DNA of 59,897 bases, counting the filler. It is 4 parts of 4 records of this genome, joined end to end, with 100 filler letters (N's around TTAATTAATTAA, not from the genome) between each part and the next. Parts side by side here need not be neighbours in the genome. Positions count along the whole stretch, not along the records: positions 1 to 18,419 come from SRR31156797_2819; 3 more parts are not named here. The stretch is one strand, 5' to 3'. The translations under genes and the position numbers were made by a program. Under the pieces are notes generated by a model that worked only from the letters and a program-made list of their open reading frames with translations, ran no database searches and had not been told where the DNA came from. Of this stretch, positions 1-8,855 are shown one piece after another; within the stretch, counting starts at the first letter, position 1; each line of letters starts with the position of its first letter.

Positions 1-71
1 AAAAGTTCTGGAAGGGGAGTCCAGAGGGGAGACCTCTTTCAAGAGGTTTCCCCTCTGGACGTCGGAGGCAT
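1..71. repeat. REP-like palindromic element downstream of trpA
   Basis: aaaagttctgga + hairpin tccagagggg...cccctctgga + cgtcggaggcat; same flanks as the element at 913-972. Confidence 0.7.
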
Positions 72-80
72 TCTTCTCTT

Positions 81-842
81 TTATTTCCACGGCTCCATGA
101 ATTCATCACTCGACTTGCCGGATTCGACGTGAGTGATGAGTGCGGAACCGAAAACGGCGGCATCCATCAACCCGTCGAACTCGGCGAGCTGATCGGGATG
201 CTTGATGCCGAAACCGAGGGCGATGGGGATGTCGAAGACTTCCTTGGCCTCGGCCAGTTTTTCCTTGATACGAGTGGGCAGGGCTTTTCGTTGGCCGGTG
301 GTGCCGAGTACAGATACGAAATAGCAAAACCCGGACGCATTTTCGGCATACAGCTTCATGCGTTCCTTGCTCGTGTTCAGTCCGACAAGGGGGACCAGCG
401 CTACGCCGTGTGGCTCAATGGCGTCCTTGACGAACTGGGATTCTTCATGCGGTATGTCTGCGATGATCAGCCCGGATACGCCTGCGGCCTCACAATCTTC
501 GCCGAATTTATCCAGTCCGTATTGGTAGACAGGATTCAAGTAGCCCATGAGCAGCAGAGCGGCATTGAACTGGCCCTTACGTGCCTTGAGTTCCGCGAGA
601 ATCCAGTCGAGGTTGATACCGTCTTCCAGACATTGGAGTGAGGCCTTTTCCACGACGGGGCCATCGGCCACGGGATCGGAAAAGGGCATACCTATCTCAA
701 TGACAGAGGCGCCGGCCTTGTCCAGTTCTTCCATTTCCTTCCAGAATTGTTCCCGATTGGGAAATCCTGCCGGGAGGAATGGAATGAGACCGACCTTGCC
801 TTGCGCGGTGGCCTCTTCAATCTTTATTTGCATTGGATTCAT
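81..842 (-). CDS. trpA: Tryptophan synthase alpha chain
   Basis: IEIGMPFSDPVADGPVV and LGFGI motifs; ATG at 842 with GGAG RBS upstream. Confidence 0.97.
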   Translation of the reverse strand: MNPMQIKIEEATAQGKVGLIPFLPAGFPNREQFWKEMEELDKAGASVIEIGMPFSDPVADGPVVEKASLQCLEDGINLDWILAELKARKGQFNAALLLMGYLNPVYQYGLDKFGEDCEAAGVSGLIIADIPHEESQFVKDAIEPHGVALVPLVGLNTSKERMKLYAENASGFCYFVSVLGTTGQRKALPTRIKEKLAEAKEVFDIPIALGFGIKHPDQLAEFDGLMDAAVFGSALITHVESGKSSDEFMEPWK

Positions 843-912
843 GAATATCTCCAAATTCTATTCTCACAGTAATGATTCACTCCAACTTTTTGTTACTAAC
901 GCGAAACGCGCC

Positions 913-972
913 AAAAAGTTTTGGAGATTCCTAAGAACCTTTTTCAAAAGGTTCTTAGGCCGCCGGAGGCAT
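913..972. repeat. REP-like palindromic element between trpB and trpA
   Basis: aaaagttttgga + hairpin cctaagaacctttt/aaaaggttcttagg + cgccggaggcat. Confidence 0.7.
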
Positions 973-973
973 C

Positions 974-2137
974 CTAAAGGATCTGGTCGAGGATGCCGAG
1001 GTCCTTGTCACCGCGTCCTGACAGGCAAACGAGTACGGATTTTCCGTGCAGTTTGTCTTTGTTTTCAATGGCGTAGGCCACGGCGTGAGAAGATTCTAAC
1101 GCCGGGATAATGCCTTCGCGTCGTGATAATACTTTGAACGCGTTCAAGGCTTGCTTATCATTGATTGTCACGTACTCGGCGCGGCCGATGTCCTGCAAAT
1201 GGGCATGCTCAGGACCGACTCCGGGATAATCCAGACCGGGAGCTACGGAATGGGACGGGAGAATCTGTCCTTCATCCGTTTGTAACAGCTTGGTTTTCAT
1301 GCCGTGCAATACGCCATCCGTTCCGAGATTGAGCGGTGCGGAATTGTCGCAGCCCGGTTCACCAGTGCCTGCGGCCTCCACGCCGACGAGCTTGACGGAT
1401 TCGTCAGGCACGAAATGATGGAACATGCCGATGGCGTTAGACCCACCGCCCACACAGGCAGTGACTATGTCCGGCAGATTACCGTCATTGCGATCCATAT
1501 ACTGCTGACGGGCTTCTTTGGAGATGATTTGTTGGAATTCACGCACCAAATCAGGGAAGGGGTGCGGTCCGGCAGCCGTGCCGAAACAGTAATGGGTGTT
1601 TTCCTGATCGGCCAACCAGCGTCGTAAAGCCTCGTTGATGGCGTCCTTGAGTGTCTTTGTACCGGATTCGACAGGGATGATTTCCGCCCCCATGAGTCGC
1701 ATCCTGTTGACATTGGGGGCCTGACGCACCACGTCGGCGGCGCCCATGTAGATGACGGCCTTCATGTCGAGCATGGCAGCGGCTACAGTAGTCGCCACAC
1801 CGTGCATACCTGCGCCTGTTTCGGCCAGCAATACTTCCTTGCCCATCATCTTGGCGAGGAGTCCCTGCCCAAGCGTGTTGTTGATTTTGTGTGCGCCTGA
1901 ATGGTTCAGGTCTTCACGTTTGAGCCATAGGTCCAGACCAAGGTCCTTGGACATGTGTTGGCAGTATGTCATGGCCGAAGGACGGCCCACGTTTTCCTTG
2001 AGCATTTGAATAAAGCGCGTCTGAAATTTCTCCGAGGGGAGAATGGTTTTCATGGCTTCTTCAAGCTCGATAAGCGGCGGCATGAGCAGTTCTGGAATGA
2101 ACTGTCCGCCAAAATCGCCGAAATAACCCTTTTTCAT
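974..2137 (-). CDS. trpB: Tryptophan synthase beta chain
   Basis: LKREDLNHSGAHKINN PLP-Lys motif, ETGAG, GGGSNA, SGRGDKD; start MKKGYFG overlaps trpF stop (TAATG). Confidence 0.97.
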   Translation of the reverse strand: MKKGYFGDFGGQFIPELLMPPLIELEEAMKTILPSEKFQTRFIQMLKENVGRPSAMTYCQHMSKDLGLDLWLKREDLNHSGAHKINNTLGQGLLAKMMGKEVLLAETGAGMHGVATTVAAAMLDMKAVIYMGAADVVRQAPNVNRMRLMGAEIIPVESGTKTLKDAINEALRRWLADQENTHYCFGTAAGPHPFPDLVREFQQIISKEARQQYMDRNDGNLPDIVTACVGGGSNAIGMFHHFVPDESVKLVGVEAAGTGEPGCDNSAPLNLGTDGVLHGMKTKLLQTDEGQILPSHSVAPGLDYPGVGPEHAHLQDIGRAEYVTINDKQALNAFKVLSRREGIIPALESSHAVAYAIENKDKLHGKSVLVCLSGRGDKDLGILDQIL

Positions 2138-2763
2138 TATTCTTCCTCCGCGAGAATCCTGAAGACTTCCCGCAGCTTTGATGCATCCTTGACACCTGGC
2201 TCGAGTTCTACCCCTGAATTGATGTCCAATCCTGGAGGATTTATGGCCAGAGCTTTTTTGATGTTGTGTGGCCCAAGGCCGCCAGCAAGAAACCAAGGTG
2301 TAAGTATTTCGATATCTTGTAGTGTGGCAAAATCAATGGTCGTCCCCGTTCCGCCCTGGCCTTTGGTCCCTGCATCCAGCAGAAAATGACCACAGGCTTC
2401 AGAGTAGTTTTCCATGTCTCGGAGCAATGCTGAAGCAGAGGAATAAGTATTCGGCCAGAAAACTCGAATGACCCTATCGGGTCCGATTTTCCAGCAGGCA
2501 TCCATATCCTGTCCACCATGGAGTTGGGCTGCGTGCAGTCCGCACCGGTCCATGGTCTCAATGATTTCTTCAGCGGTCTGGTCGACAAAAATGCCAACTT
2601 TGGTGACCTTGCCAGTTTTGACCGAGGCCACGAAGTCGGGATCGGCCAACCGAGGACTTTTGGGGTGAAAGATGAATCCAAGCAGATCAACGCCGAGATC
2701 GACGCACAGCTTAACATCTTCCATGCGGGTCATGCCGCACACTTTGACCAGAGGTCGTGCCAC
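2137..2763 (-). CDS. trpF: Phosphoribosylanthranilate isomerase
   Basis: VKVCGMT, QLHG, FLAGGL, SGVE motifs; GTG start overlaps trpC stop. Confidence 0.93.
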   Translation of the reverse strand: MARPLVKVCGMTRMEDVKLCVDLGVDLLGFIFHPKSPRLADPDFVASVKTGKVTKVGIFVDQTAEEIIETMDRCGLHAAQLHGGQDMDACWKIGPDRVIRVFWPNTYSSASALLRDMENYSEACGHFLLDAGTKGQGGTGTTIDFATLQDIEILTPWFLAGGLGPHNIKKALAINPPGLDINSGVELEPGVKDASKLREVFRILAEEE

Positions 2764-3533
2764 TACTTTGCTCCTGTCAACTCGGCCAGTTTTTCGCCGG
2801 GGTTGTCCGCTTCCATCAGGCAGGTTCCGACCAGCACGGCGTCGAAACCGAGGCCGGCCATTTCTTCTACCTGTGCACGTTTGGATATGCCGCTGGCACA
2901 AATCCAAAGTTCGCCTTCCTGCTTTTGCTTGATGAAGTTGCGGCTTTGATCCAGTGACGTCTCAAGGGTGTCGAGATTCCGGTTGTTGACCTGAATAATG
3001 TCAGCTCCGGCTGCACGGGCCATGTCAAGGTCTGCTTGGTCGAAGATTTCAACCACCGGGCTTAGGCCGGGCATACGGGCCAGCTCCACCATCTGTGCAA
3101 GGTGTGTCACATCGTCACACATACGGGCGACCAGCAGCACGGCGGCTGCCGGGCTGGATGCGGTCATGGCGACCTGAAGCGGGTCGAGGATGAAATCCTT
3201 GCGCAACAAAGGAATACCGGGTTGGCTCATCATGAACAAAAAGTCCGGGGTGCCGCCAAAGTATTGGTGCTCCGTAAGGACGGAGATGGCAGCTGCTCCA
3301 TTGTTGGCATATATCTCTGCAAAATCCAACGGGTTTGCATTTTCGCGCAGAACACCTTTGCTCGGACTGGCAGGCTTGAACTCGGCAATGACGGCTCCGG
3401 GGCCTTTGGCTTTGATAGCCTCAACGAATGAGGGACGGTCGCCACGGTAAACCGCGGGCAAATGTCCTTCCATGAAGCTTTTACGGAGGGAATCAATTTC
3501 AAGTTGCTTTGCTTCTCTGAATTTATTCAACAT
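2763..3533 (-). CDS. trpC: Indole-3-glycerol phosphate synthase
   Basis: IAEFKPASPSKG, ISVLTE, LLRKDF, NNRNL. Confidence 0.96.
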   Translation of the reverse strand: MLNKFREAKQLEIDSLRKSFMEGHLPAVYRGDRPSFVEAIKAKGPGAVIAEFKPASPSKGVLRENANPLDFAEIYANNGAAAISVLTEHQYFGGTPDFLFMMSQPGIPLLRKDFILDPLQVAMTASSPAAAVLLVARMCDDVTHLAQMVELARMPGLSPVVEIFDQADLDMARAAGADIIQVNNRNLDTLETSLDQSRNFIKQKQEGELWICASGISKRAQVEEMAGLGFDAVLVGTCLMEADNPGEKLAELTGAK

Positions 3534-4530
3534 ATGGAATTCCTTTCTTCAGTCCGGTGTATACTGTGTCTCGGGCCAGTTCAGCGCATTCGGCCATGGG
3601 TCCCTTGTCCAAAAGATGCAGGCACCCTGCCAGATTCAGGGCCACCATGTCCATCATGGCGCGTGGTCCATTCCCGGCGAGAATCTCTTTGAGTTTGACC
3701 ACGGCATCTTCTTTGTTCGTGACAACAACTTCCTTGGGATCATGCGCTTCAAAGCCGAGTTGCTGAGGGTTGACCGTAGTTTTTTCCATCACGCCGTCAT
3801 GGATGATATATCCTCGGCTGACCCCCCATGTGGTCAGTTCATCAAATCCGCCTGCCCCTGAGAAAAGGAGTGCGCGGTTGACGCCGGTCAGAAGTAGAGT
3901 TTCGCCCATGAGTTCCAGCCGTTCAGGGTCGCCTACGCCCATGAGCTGATGAGATGGACGGGCCGGGTTGAGCAATGGGCCCATGAAGTTGAACAGGGTA
4001 CGGATACCAAGCTGCTGACGCACGGGCATGACGTGCTTGAAGGCCGGGTGATAAGCAGGAGCGAATAGAAAGGCGAAGTTATGTTTCTTCAGACCTTTAG
4101 CGGCTTCTTCCGGGGCCATGTCCAACGGGATACCGAGAGCTTCCAGAGCGTCGGCTGATCCGCATGAGGACGACAGGGCGCGGTTGCCGTGTTTGGCAAC
4201 GGTGTAACCCATGTCCGCGAGAAACAGGGAGACTGCTGTAGAGTTGTTGAAGCTGCACTGGCCATCACCACCTGTGCCGCAAGTGTCAATAACCGGTTCC
4301 GTGTGCGTGCCGTCAAAACCCGGGATCTTGATGGCGTGAGCTACTCCGGCACGGACTCCGGCGGCCAAATCTGTGGAATCTTCGCCCTTGACGCGCAGCC
4401 CCATGAGGAAGGCTCCGGTTTGGGATTCGGTCATTTTCCCGTCCATGAGTTCGGTGAACATAAAGTCCGCCTGCATGTCGGTGAGTGGCTTTCGCTGTGC
4501 AATGATTTCAAGTATTTCAGGTATGGTCAT
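3523..4530 (-). CDS. trpD: Anthranilate phosphoribosyltransferase
   Basis: DTCGTGGDG, KHGNRALSS, RTLFNFMGPLLNP. Confidence 0.96.
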   Translation of the reverse strand: MTIPEILEIIAQRKPLTDMQADFMFTELMDGKMTESQTGAFLMGLRVKGEDSTDLAAGVRAGVAHAIKIPGFDGTHTEPVIDTCGTGGDGQCSFNNSTAVSLFLADMGYTVAKHGNRALSSSCGSADALEALGIPLDMAPEEAAKGLKKHNFAFLFAPAYHPAFKHVMPVRQQLGIRTLFNFMGPLLNPARPSHQLMGVGDPERLELMGETLLLTGVNRALLFSGAGGFDELTTWGVSRGYIIHDGVMEKTTVNPQQLGFEAHDPKEVVVTNKEDAVVKLKEILAGNGPRAMMDMVALNLAGCLHLLDKGPMAECAELARDTVYTGLKKGIPYVE

Positions 4531-4534
4531 ATCA

Positions 4535-5107
4535 TTATCCTTGTATATTCAGAAAGTTCTGGAGTAATTTTGGGCCGTCCGGTGTGAGGATGGATTCCGG
4601 GTGGAACTGGACGCCATGCCATGGCCGGTCCTTGTACTGGATACCCATGATTTCGCCCTGTCGGGTTCGGGCCGTGACATCGAGTGTGTCTGCCGCTTTC
4701 TCAGCCGGAACAATGAGCGAGTGGTATCTGCACACCTCGAAGGGTGAGTCGAGACCGGCGAAAACGCCTTGCCCATCGTGGATTACCTGCGAGGTCTTGC
4801 CGTGCATGATCCGTTCGGCGCGTTCCACAGGTGCTCCGGCAAAGTGCCCAAGGGTCTGATGCCCCAGACAGACGCCGAATACCGGAATCGTTTTGGGCAG
4901 TCGGCTGAGGAATTCCAGACAAAAACCGGCATTTTCCGGGTTGCTTGGTCCGGGTGAGAGACAAACTCGTTCAAGCGTGCCGCTTTGCGCCAGATCCAGT
5001 ACTGTTTCGCGGTCGTTGCGGATGACCACTGGGTTGGCTCCAAGTTGTTGGAAGGCTTGCACCAGATTGAAGGTGAAGGAATCGAAATTATCTATCAGCA
5101 AAAACAT
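4535..5107 (-). CDS. trpG: Anthranilate synthase component II (glutamine amidotransferase)
   Basis: LLIDNFDSFT, SPGP, GVCLGHQ, QFHPES; start MFLLID. Confidence 0.96.
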   Translation of the reverse strand: MFLLIDNFDSFTFNLVQAFQQLGANPVVIRNDRETVLDLAQSGTLERVCLSPGPSNPENAGFCLEFLSRLPKTIPVFGVCLGHQTLGHFAGAPVERAERIMHGKTSQVIHDGQGVFAGLDSPFEVCRYHSLIVPAEKAADTLDVTARTRQGEIMGIQYKDRPWHGVQFHPESILTPDGPKLLQNFLNIQG

Positions 5108-6545
5108 CGGTTCCCCCCTTGCCTGTGATGACTTCCAGAATAACACGTGCCTTGTTGTGACATTCGTTCCACTCGGATTCAGCGTTCGAATCGTACACGA
5201 TGCCAGCTCCGGCCTGCCAGTGGCAGATGCCGTTTCGAATCCACATGGACCGGATGGTAATGCCCGTGTCGAGGGAGATAACGCCGTCGTCCAGCCCCAT
5301 CCAGCCTATGCAGCCGCCATAAGGGCCGCGTTCCTGTGGTTCCAGATCGGCGATAATTTCCATGGCCCGAATTTTCGGTGCGCCGGATAATGTTCCCGCC
5401 GGGAAGGTGGATTGAAGAACATCCACGCCATCCAGTCCGTCTTTTAACTTACCTTCCACATAGGATGTGAGGTGCATGACATGGGAGAAGCGTTCAACGT
5501 TCATGAATTTTTCGACGGTGACTGTGCCGGGTTTGGAAATACGACCCAGATCGTTTCGACCGAGGTCGACCAGCATGACATGCTCGGCCCGTTCTTTGGG
5601 GTCGGCCAACAGTTCTTTTTCCAGACGCATATCTTCTTTCTCGGTTTCGCCTCTCCAGCGAGTTCCGGCGATGGGACGTACTTCCAGATGTCCGGCCGAG
5701 CTTCTGACCATCATTTCCGGGGATGATCCGAGCAGGGTGATGCCACAGGTTTTGCCCATGGACGAGCAGTCCGGGAATTTCATGTAGAACATGAATGGTG
5801 AAGGATTGGCCTGTCTGAGGCGGCGATAAATCTTGAAAGGTTCATCTGGCAAAGGCACGGTGAATCGGGTGGACAACACCACTTGAATGCATTCGCCTTC
5901 GGCAATGAGTTCCTTGCACCGCTCTACGCCGCGCATGTATTCTTCCTTGCCGGGATGGACCGTGGGTGTCCCGACCTCGGGAGCAGTCAGGTCCGCGCCC
6001 CATTGAATGGGGGCAGGCATGGGGGTCGCGCCTTTATCAAGGCTGAGATAGCAGCAGGAGTGGCGCAGGTGATCGAAAAGGACCATTTGTCCGGGCAGGA
6101 CTAAACACGCCTCGGCATCGGCTGGTTTGCAGCATTCGGTCAGCTTGCGTTCGAACATGCCAGCTACGCCATATCCGAAGTAGCCGTACAGACCGCGAGT
6201 CAGGCCGGGGAGGCCGTCACGCGCGTTGCCACCGGTTGTTTCCTGCGTGATCGAGAGTCGCTTCACGGCCTTTTTGATGCCAGTGAGATACTCCATACCT
6301 TCCAACTCTTTGAGCTGGGCAAGCCTGTCGTCTGAAACTTCTACCATCAGCTTGCCATCCACGGGGTGGAGCATGAGTCGATAGTCCCAGGCGATCAAAC
6401 TGTATCGACCAAGGCGACCATCCACCTCTGCCGATTCCAGCAAAATGCCGGGTTGGTCTCCCACCAGTCCCATATAGAGGGATATGGTGGTCTGGACGTC
6501 AGCCGGGAGCCACTTCCCGTGCTGCGTCAGTGAAATCTTTTCCAT
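5088..6545 (-). CDS. trpE: Anthranilate synthase component I
   Basis: LLES, NPSPFM, GSSPE, PIAGT, KERAEHVMLVDLGRND, GAPKIRA. Confidence 0.96.
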   Translation of the reverse strand: MEKISLTQHGKWLPADVQTTISLYMGLVGDQPGILLESAEVDGRLGRYSLIAWDYRLMLHPVDGKLMVEVSDDRLAQLKELEGMEYLTGIKKAVKRLSITQETTGGNARDGLPGLTRGLYGYFGYGVAGMFERKLTECCKPADAEACLVLPGQMVLFDHLRHSCCYLSLDKGATPMPAPIQWGADLTAPEVGTPTVHPGKEEYMRGVERCKELIAEGECIQVVLSTRFTVPLPDEPFKIYRRLRQANPSPFMFYMKFPDCSSMGKTCGITLLGSSPEMMVRSSAGHLEVRPIAGTRWRGETEKEDMRLEKELLADPKERAEHVMLVDLGRNDLGRISKPGTVTVEKFMNVERFSHVMHLTSYVEGKLKDGLDGVDVLQSTFPAGTLSGAPKIRAMEIIADLEPQERGPYGGCIGWMGLDDGVISLDTGITIRSMWIRNGICHWQAGAGIVYDSNAESEWNECHNKARVILEVITGKGGTDVFADR

Positions 6546-6663
6546 TATTTTTCCTTGTAGGTTCAGTCTCGTTAGTTGAGCGGGCGAGGTATAACCTCCC
6601 ACCCTTTTACCTTTTTTCGGTTTTCATATGACTTTCACGTCCCTTTCATTGTGTGCTCCTTAT

Positions 6664-6698
6664 AAAAAAGGCCGTACCCTTTCTGGGGGTGCGGCCTT
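6664..6698 (-). terminator. Intrinsic terminator of putative internal trp attenuator
   Basis: Minus strand aaggccgcaccc-ccagaaa-gggtacggcctttttt (one C.A mismatch) inside the operon between tyrA and trpE. Confidence 0.85.
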
Positions 6699-6766
6699 GG
6701 TTCACGTTCGATTCCAAGTAACGGCATGAGCCGCACCATTTATGAAGTTTCGTTACGCCACCACCA
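6688..6766 (-). promoter_or_regulatory. Putative Trp-sensing antiterminator plus TGG-TGG-TGG stall site in the tyrA 3' end
   Basis: GGTGCGGCT (6737-6729) complementary to GGCCGCACC (6696-6688, terminator 5' arm); three Trp codons at 6758-6766. Confidence 0.75.
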
Positions 6767-7510
6767 CTGTGCCCGATCTGCGAGCAGATCGAGATCACCG
6801 CCTGCGGCCAGGCTGAGGTAGGACATGAATTTGCGGTTGACTTCCTGAAGAAATGGATTCGATTCAGAGATTATCTCGAAGAGTTCCGTATCCTGTGTGA
6901 GCATTTTTCGGGCAGAGTCCAATCTGCGTTTGAACGAGGGGGTGATGAAGTTATCAATACCTTCCACATCTCTGGCTGCAGCTAAAAAAGCCACGGTGGA
7001 CGTGAAATTCAATCCCTGAACAAAGGCCATGGATCGGTCGTGATCTTCAGCTGTTGTCGAGAAACAGTCGTAGCCACATGCCTGCATAAGTCGGGTGACT
7101 TTATTTGCGGCATCTGTATCGGTCTCGCGTCCCGGTGCGACAGCAACCTTGGGTGTAAAATCTTCCGGGATAACTGGGCCGAAAAGCGGATGCGTACCGA
7201 CCACTGGACCGTCATAGCGTTCTATCATGGCTTTCATGGGGAGCATTTTGACTGAACCAACATCGCACAGGATTGTTGAGCCATTCAGGTACGGCACCAC
7301 ATGGTCCAAAACGGATTTCATAGCCGTTACCGGCACACTGAGCAGCAACATGTCGCAGTCTGTGAGAGCCTCGCGGAGTGTCTTCTCGGTGTATGGAAGG
7401 TCCAAAGCAATGACGGTGCGCCCGAGATCGGCAAAGGCTTTGGAAAAAAGCCCGCCCATCTGACCACTTGCGCCCGCGATGGCGATTGTATGTATATCTG
7501 CCTCAGTCAT
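6740..7510 (-). CDS. tyrA: Prephenate/arogenate dehydrogenase with C-terminal WWW
   Basis: GASGQMG Rossmann motif, DVGSVK, GTHPLFGP, EDHDRSMAFVQG; ends QWWWRNETS. Confidence 0.92.
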   Translation of the reverse strand: MTEADIHTIAIAGASGQMGGLFSKAFADLGRTVIALDLPYTEKTLREALTDCDMLLLSVPVTAMKSVLDHVVPYLNGSTILCDVGSVKMLPMKAMIERYDGPVVGTHPLFGPVIPEDFTPKVAVAPGRETDTDAANKVTRLMQACGYDCFSTTAEDHDRSMAFVQGLNFTSTVAFLAAARDVEGIDNFITPSFKRRLDSARKMLTQDTELFEIISESNPFLQEVNRKFMSYLSLAAGGDLDLLADRAQWWWRNETS

Positions 7511-7514
7511 TGCC

Positions 7515-8855
7515 TTATCCGATGATTTTCTTCCATTCGTTCCAGAAGCCGGGGAATGATTTGTTGACGCAGGTTGGATTGTCGAGAGTGACGTCGATAC
7601 CCGCCAATTGGAACAGGGACATGGACATGGCCATGCGATGGTCGCCGTATGTCGTGAAATCTACTGCATGACCGTTGGGCAACCTGCCGGGACGGATGAT
7701 GAGTGAGTCTTCAACAATTTCTGTTTCAGCCTGAGTGCGGGATACTTCCACAGCGCAGGCTTCCAGTCTGTCGGTTTCCTTGATGCGCAGATGAGCCACA
7801 TTGGTGATGGTGGTCGGCGAGGTCGCGAATGCTGCGGCAGCGGAAACTGTCGGGACCAGATCCGGGCAGCGGCCCATATCCACGGTTATGCCATGCAAGG
7901 TGCTCGGTTCAATGAGGATGCCGTCAAAGGTGACCTTGATGGATGCCCCCATTTGGCTGAGAATGTCCATGATGGCCCGGTCGCCCTGAAGCGAATCCGC
8001 TGCCAGTCCCTTGATGAGTACGGGGCGTCTGCCCACAGCTCCGGCGGCCAGAAAGTAACTGGCGTTGGACCAGTCGCCTTCAACTCGATAATGTGTCGGA
8101 TCATAGCCGGTCGGTTTGACAATAAACCGAATTTTACCGGGGCTGACTGCCTTGATGGAGCGCCACGGCACTGTTTCCCATTTTTTGCCTTTTTTGATTT
8201 CGACTTCAAATCCTGCCTTGAAATCTTCCATGATGCGCAAGGTCAGAGCTACATACGGCCATGAAATAGCTTTTTTCCCTGTGACCGTGATTGTGGTTTC
8301 ATGGTCAGTCAAAGGCGCACCTAGGAGCAGACCGGAGAGGTATTGGCTGCTTTCTTCCAGGGTGATTTCCACCTTTTTTGAGGTGTAGCCTTTGCTGGTC
8401 ATGATAAAGGGGAGGAATCCCTCTTTTTCAGCAAATTCGAATGTGGAGCCGAGTTTTTGCAAGGCTGTCACCAGTTCGGCCATGGGCCGTTCATGCATAC
8501 GCTGGGCGCCGTGTACTTTGAAGGAACCGTACCCGGCAGCGGCCACGGCGGTCATCAGACGGCAGGTAGTCCCGGATTCGTGCATGAATAATTCATGGGG
8601 TTCTTCATCCTTGTGCTTACCGTCTGCATTGCCGCCCTTGGGGCCGGACTCCATGCCTGTGACGATGAGTTTTCCGTCTTTTTCATCGATTTTTGCTCCG
8701 CAGGCGGTCAGACAACCGCGTGTGCGGGTGATGTCGTCTGAATCGAGGATAGATGATACTTCGGAGACGCCGTTGGCCAATGCTGCCGCGATGAGTGTGC
8801 GGTGGGAAAGCGACTTGCTGGCCGGTGCATTGATGATAATCGGTTCCTTGGTCAT
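7515..8855 (-). CDS. aroA: EPSP synthase
   Basis: SKSLSHR, ESGTTCR, SSQYLS, KETDRL, DHRMAMS, KSFP; start MTKEP overlaps pheA stop. Confidence 0.96.
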   Translation of the reverse strand: MTKEPIIINAPASKSLSHRTLIAAALANGVSEVSSILDSDDITRTRGCLTACGAKIDEKDGKLIVTGMESGPKGGNADGKHKDEEPHELFMHESGTTCRLMTAVAAAGYGSFKVHGAQRMHERPMAELVTALQKLGSTFEFAEKEGFLPFIMTSKGYTSKKVEITLEESSQYLSGLLLGAPLTDHETTITVTGKKAISWPYVALTLRIMEDFKAGFEVEIKKGKKWETVPWRSIKAVSPGKIRFIVKPTGYDPTHYRVEGDWSNASYFLAAGAVGRRPVLIKGLAADSLQGDRAIMDILSQMGASIKVTFDGILIEPSTLHGITVDMGRCPDLVPTVSAAAAFATSPTTITNVAHLRIKETDRLEACAVEVSRTQAETEIVEDSLIIRPGRLPNGHAVDFTTYGDHRMAMSMSLFQLAGIDVTLDNPTCVNKSFPGFWNEWKKIIG

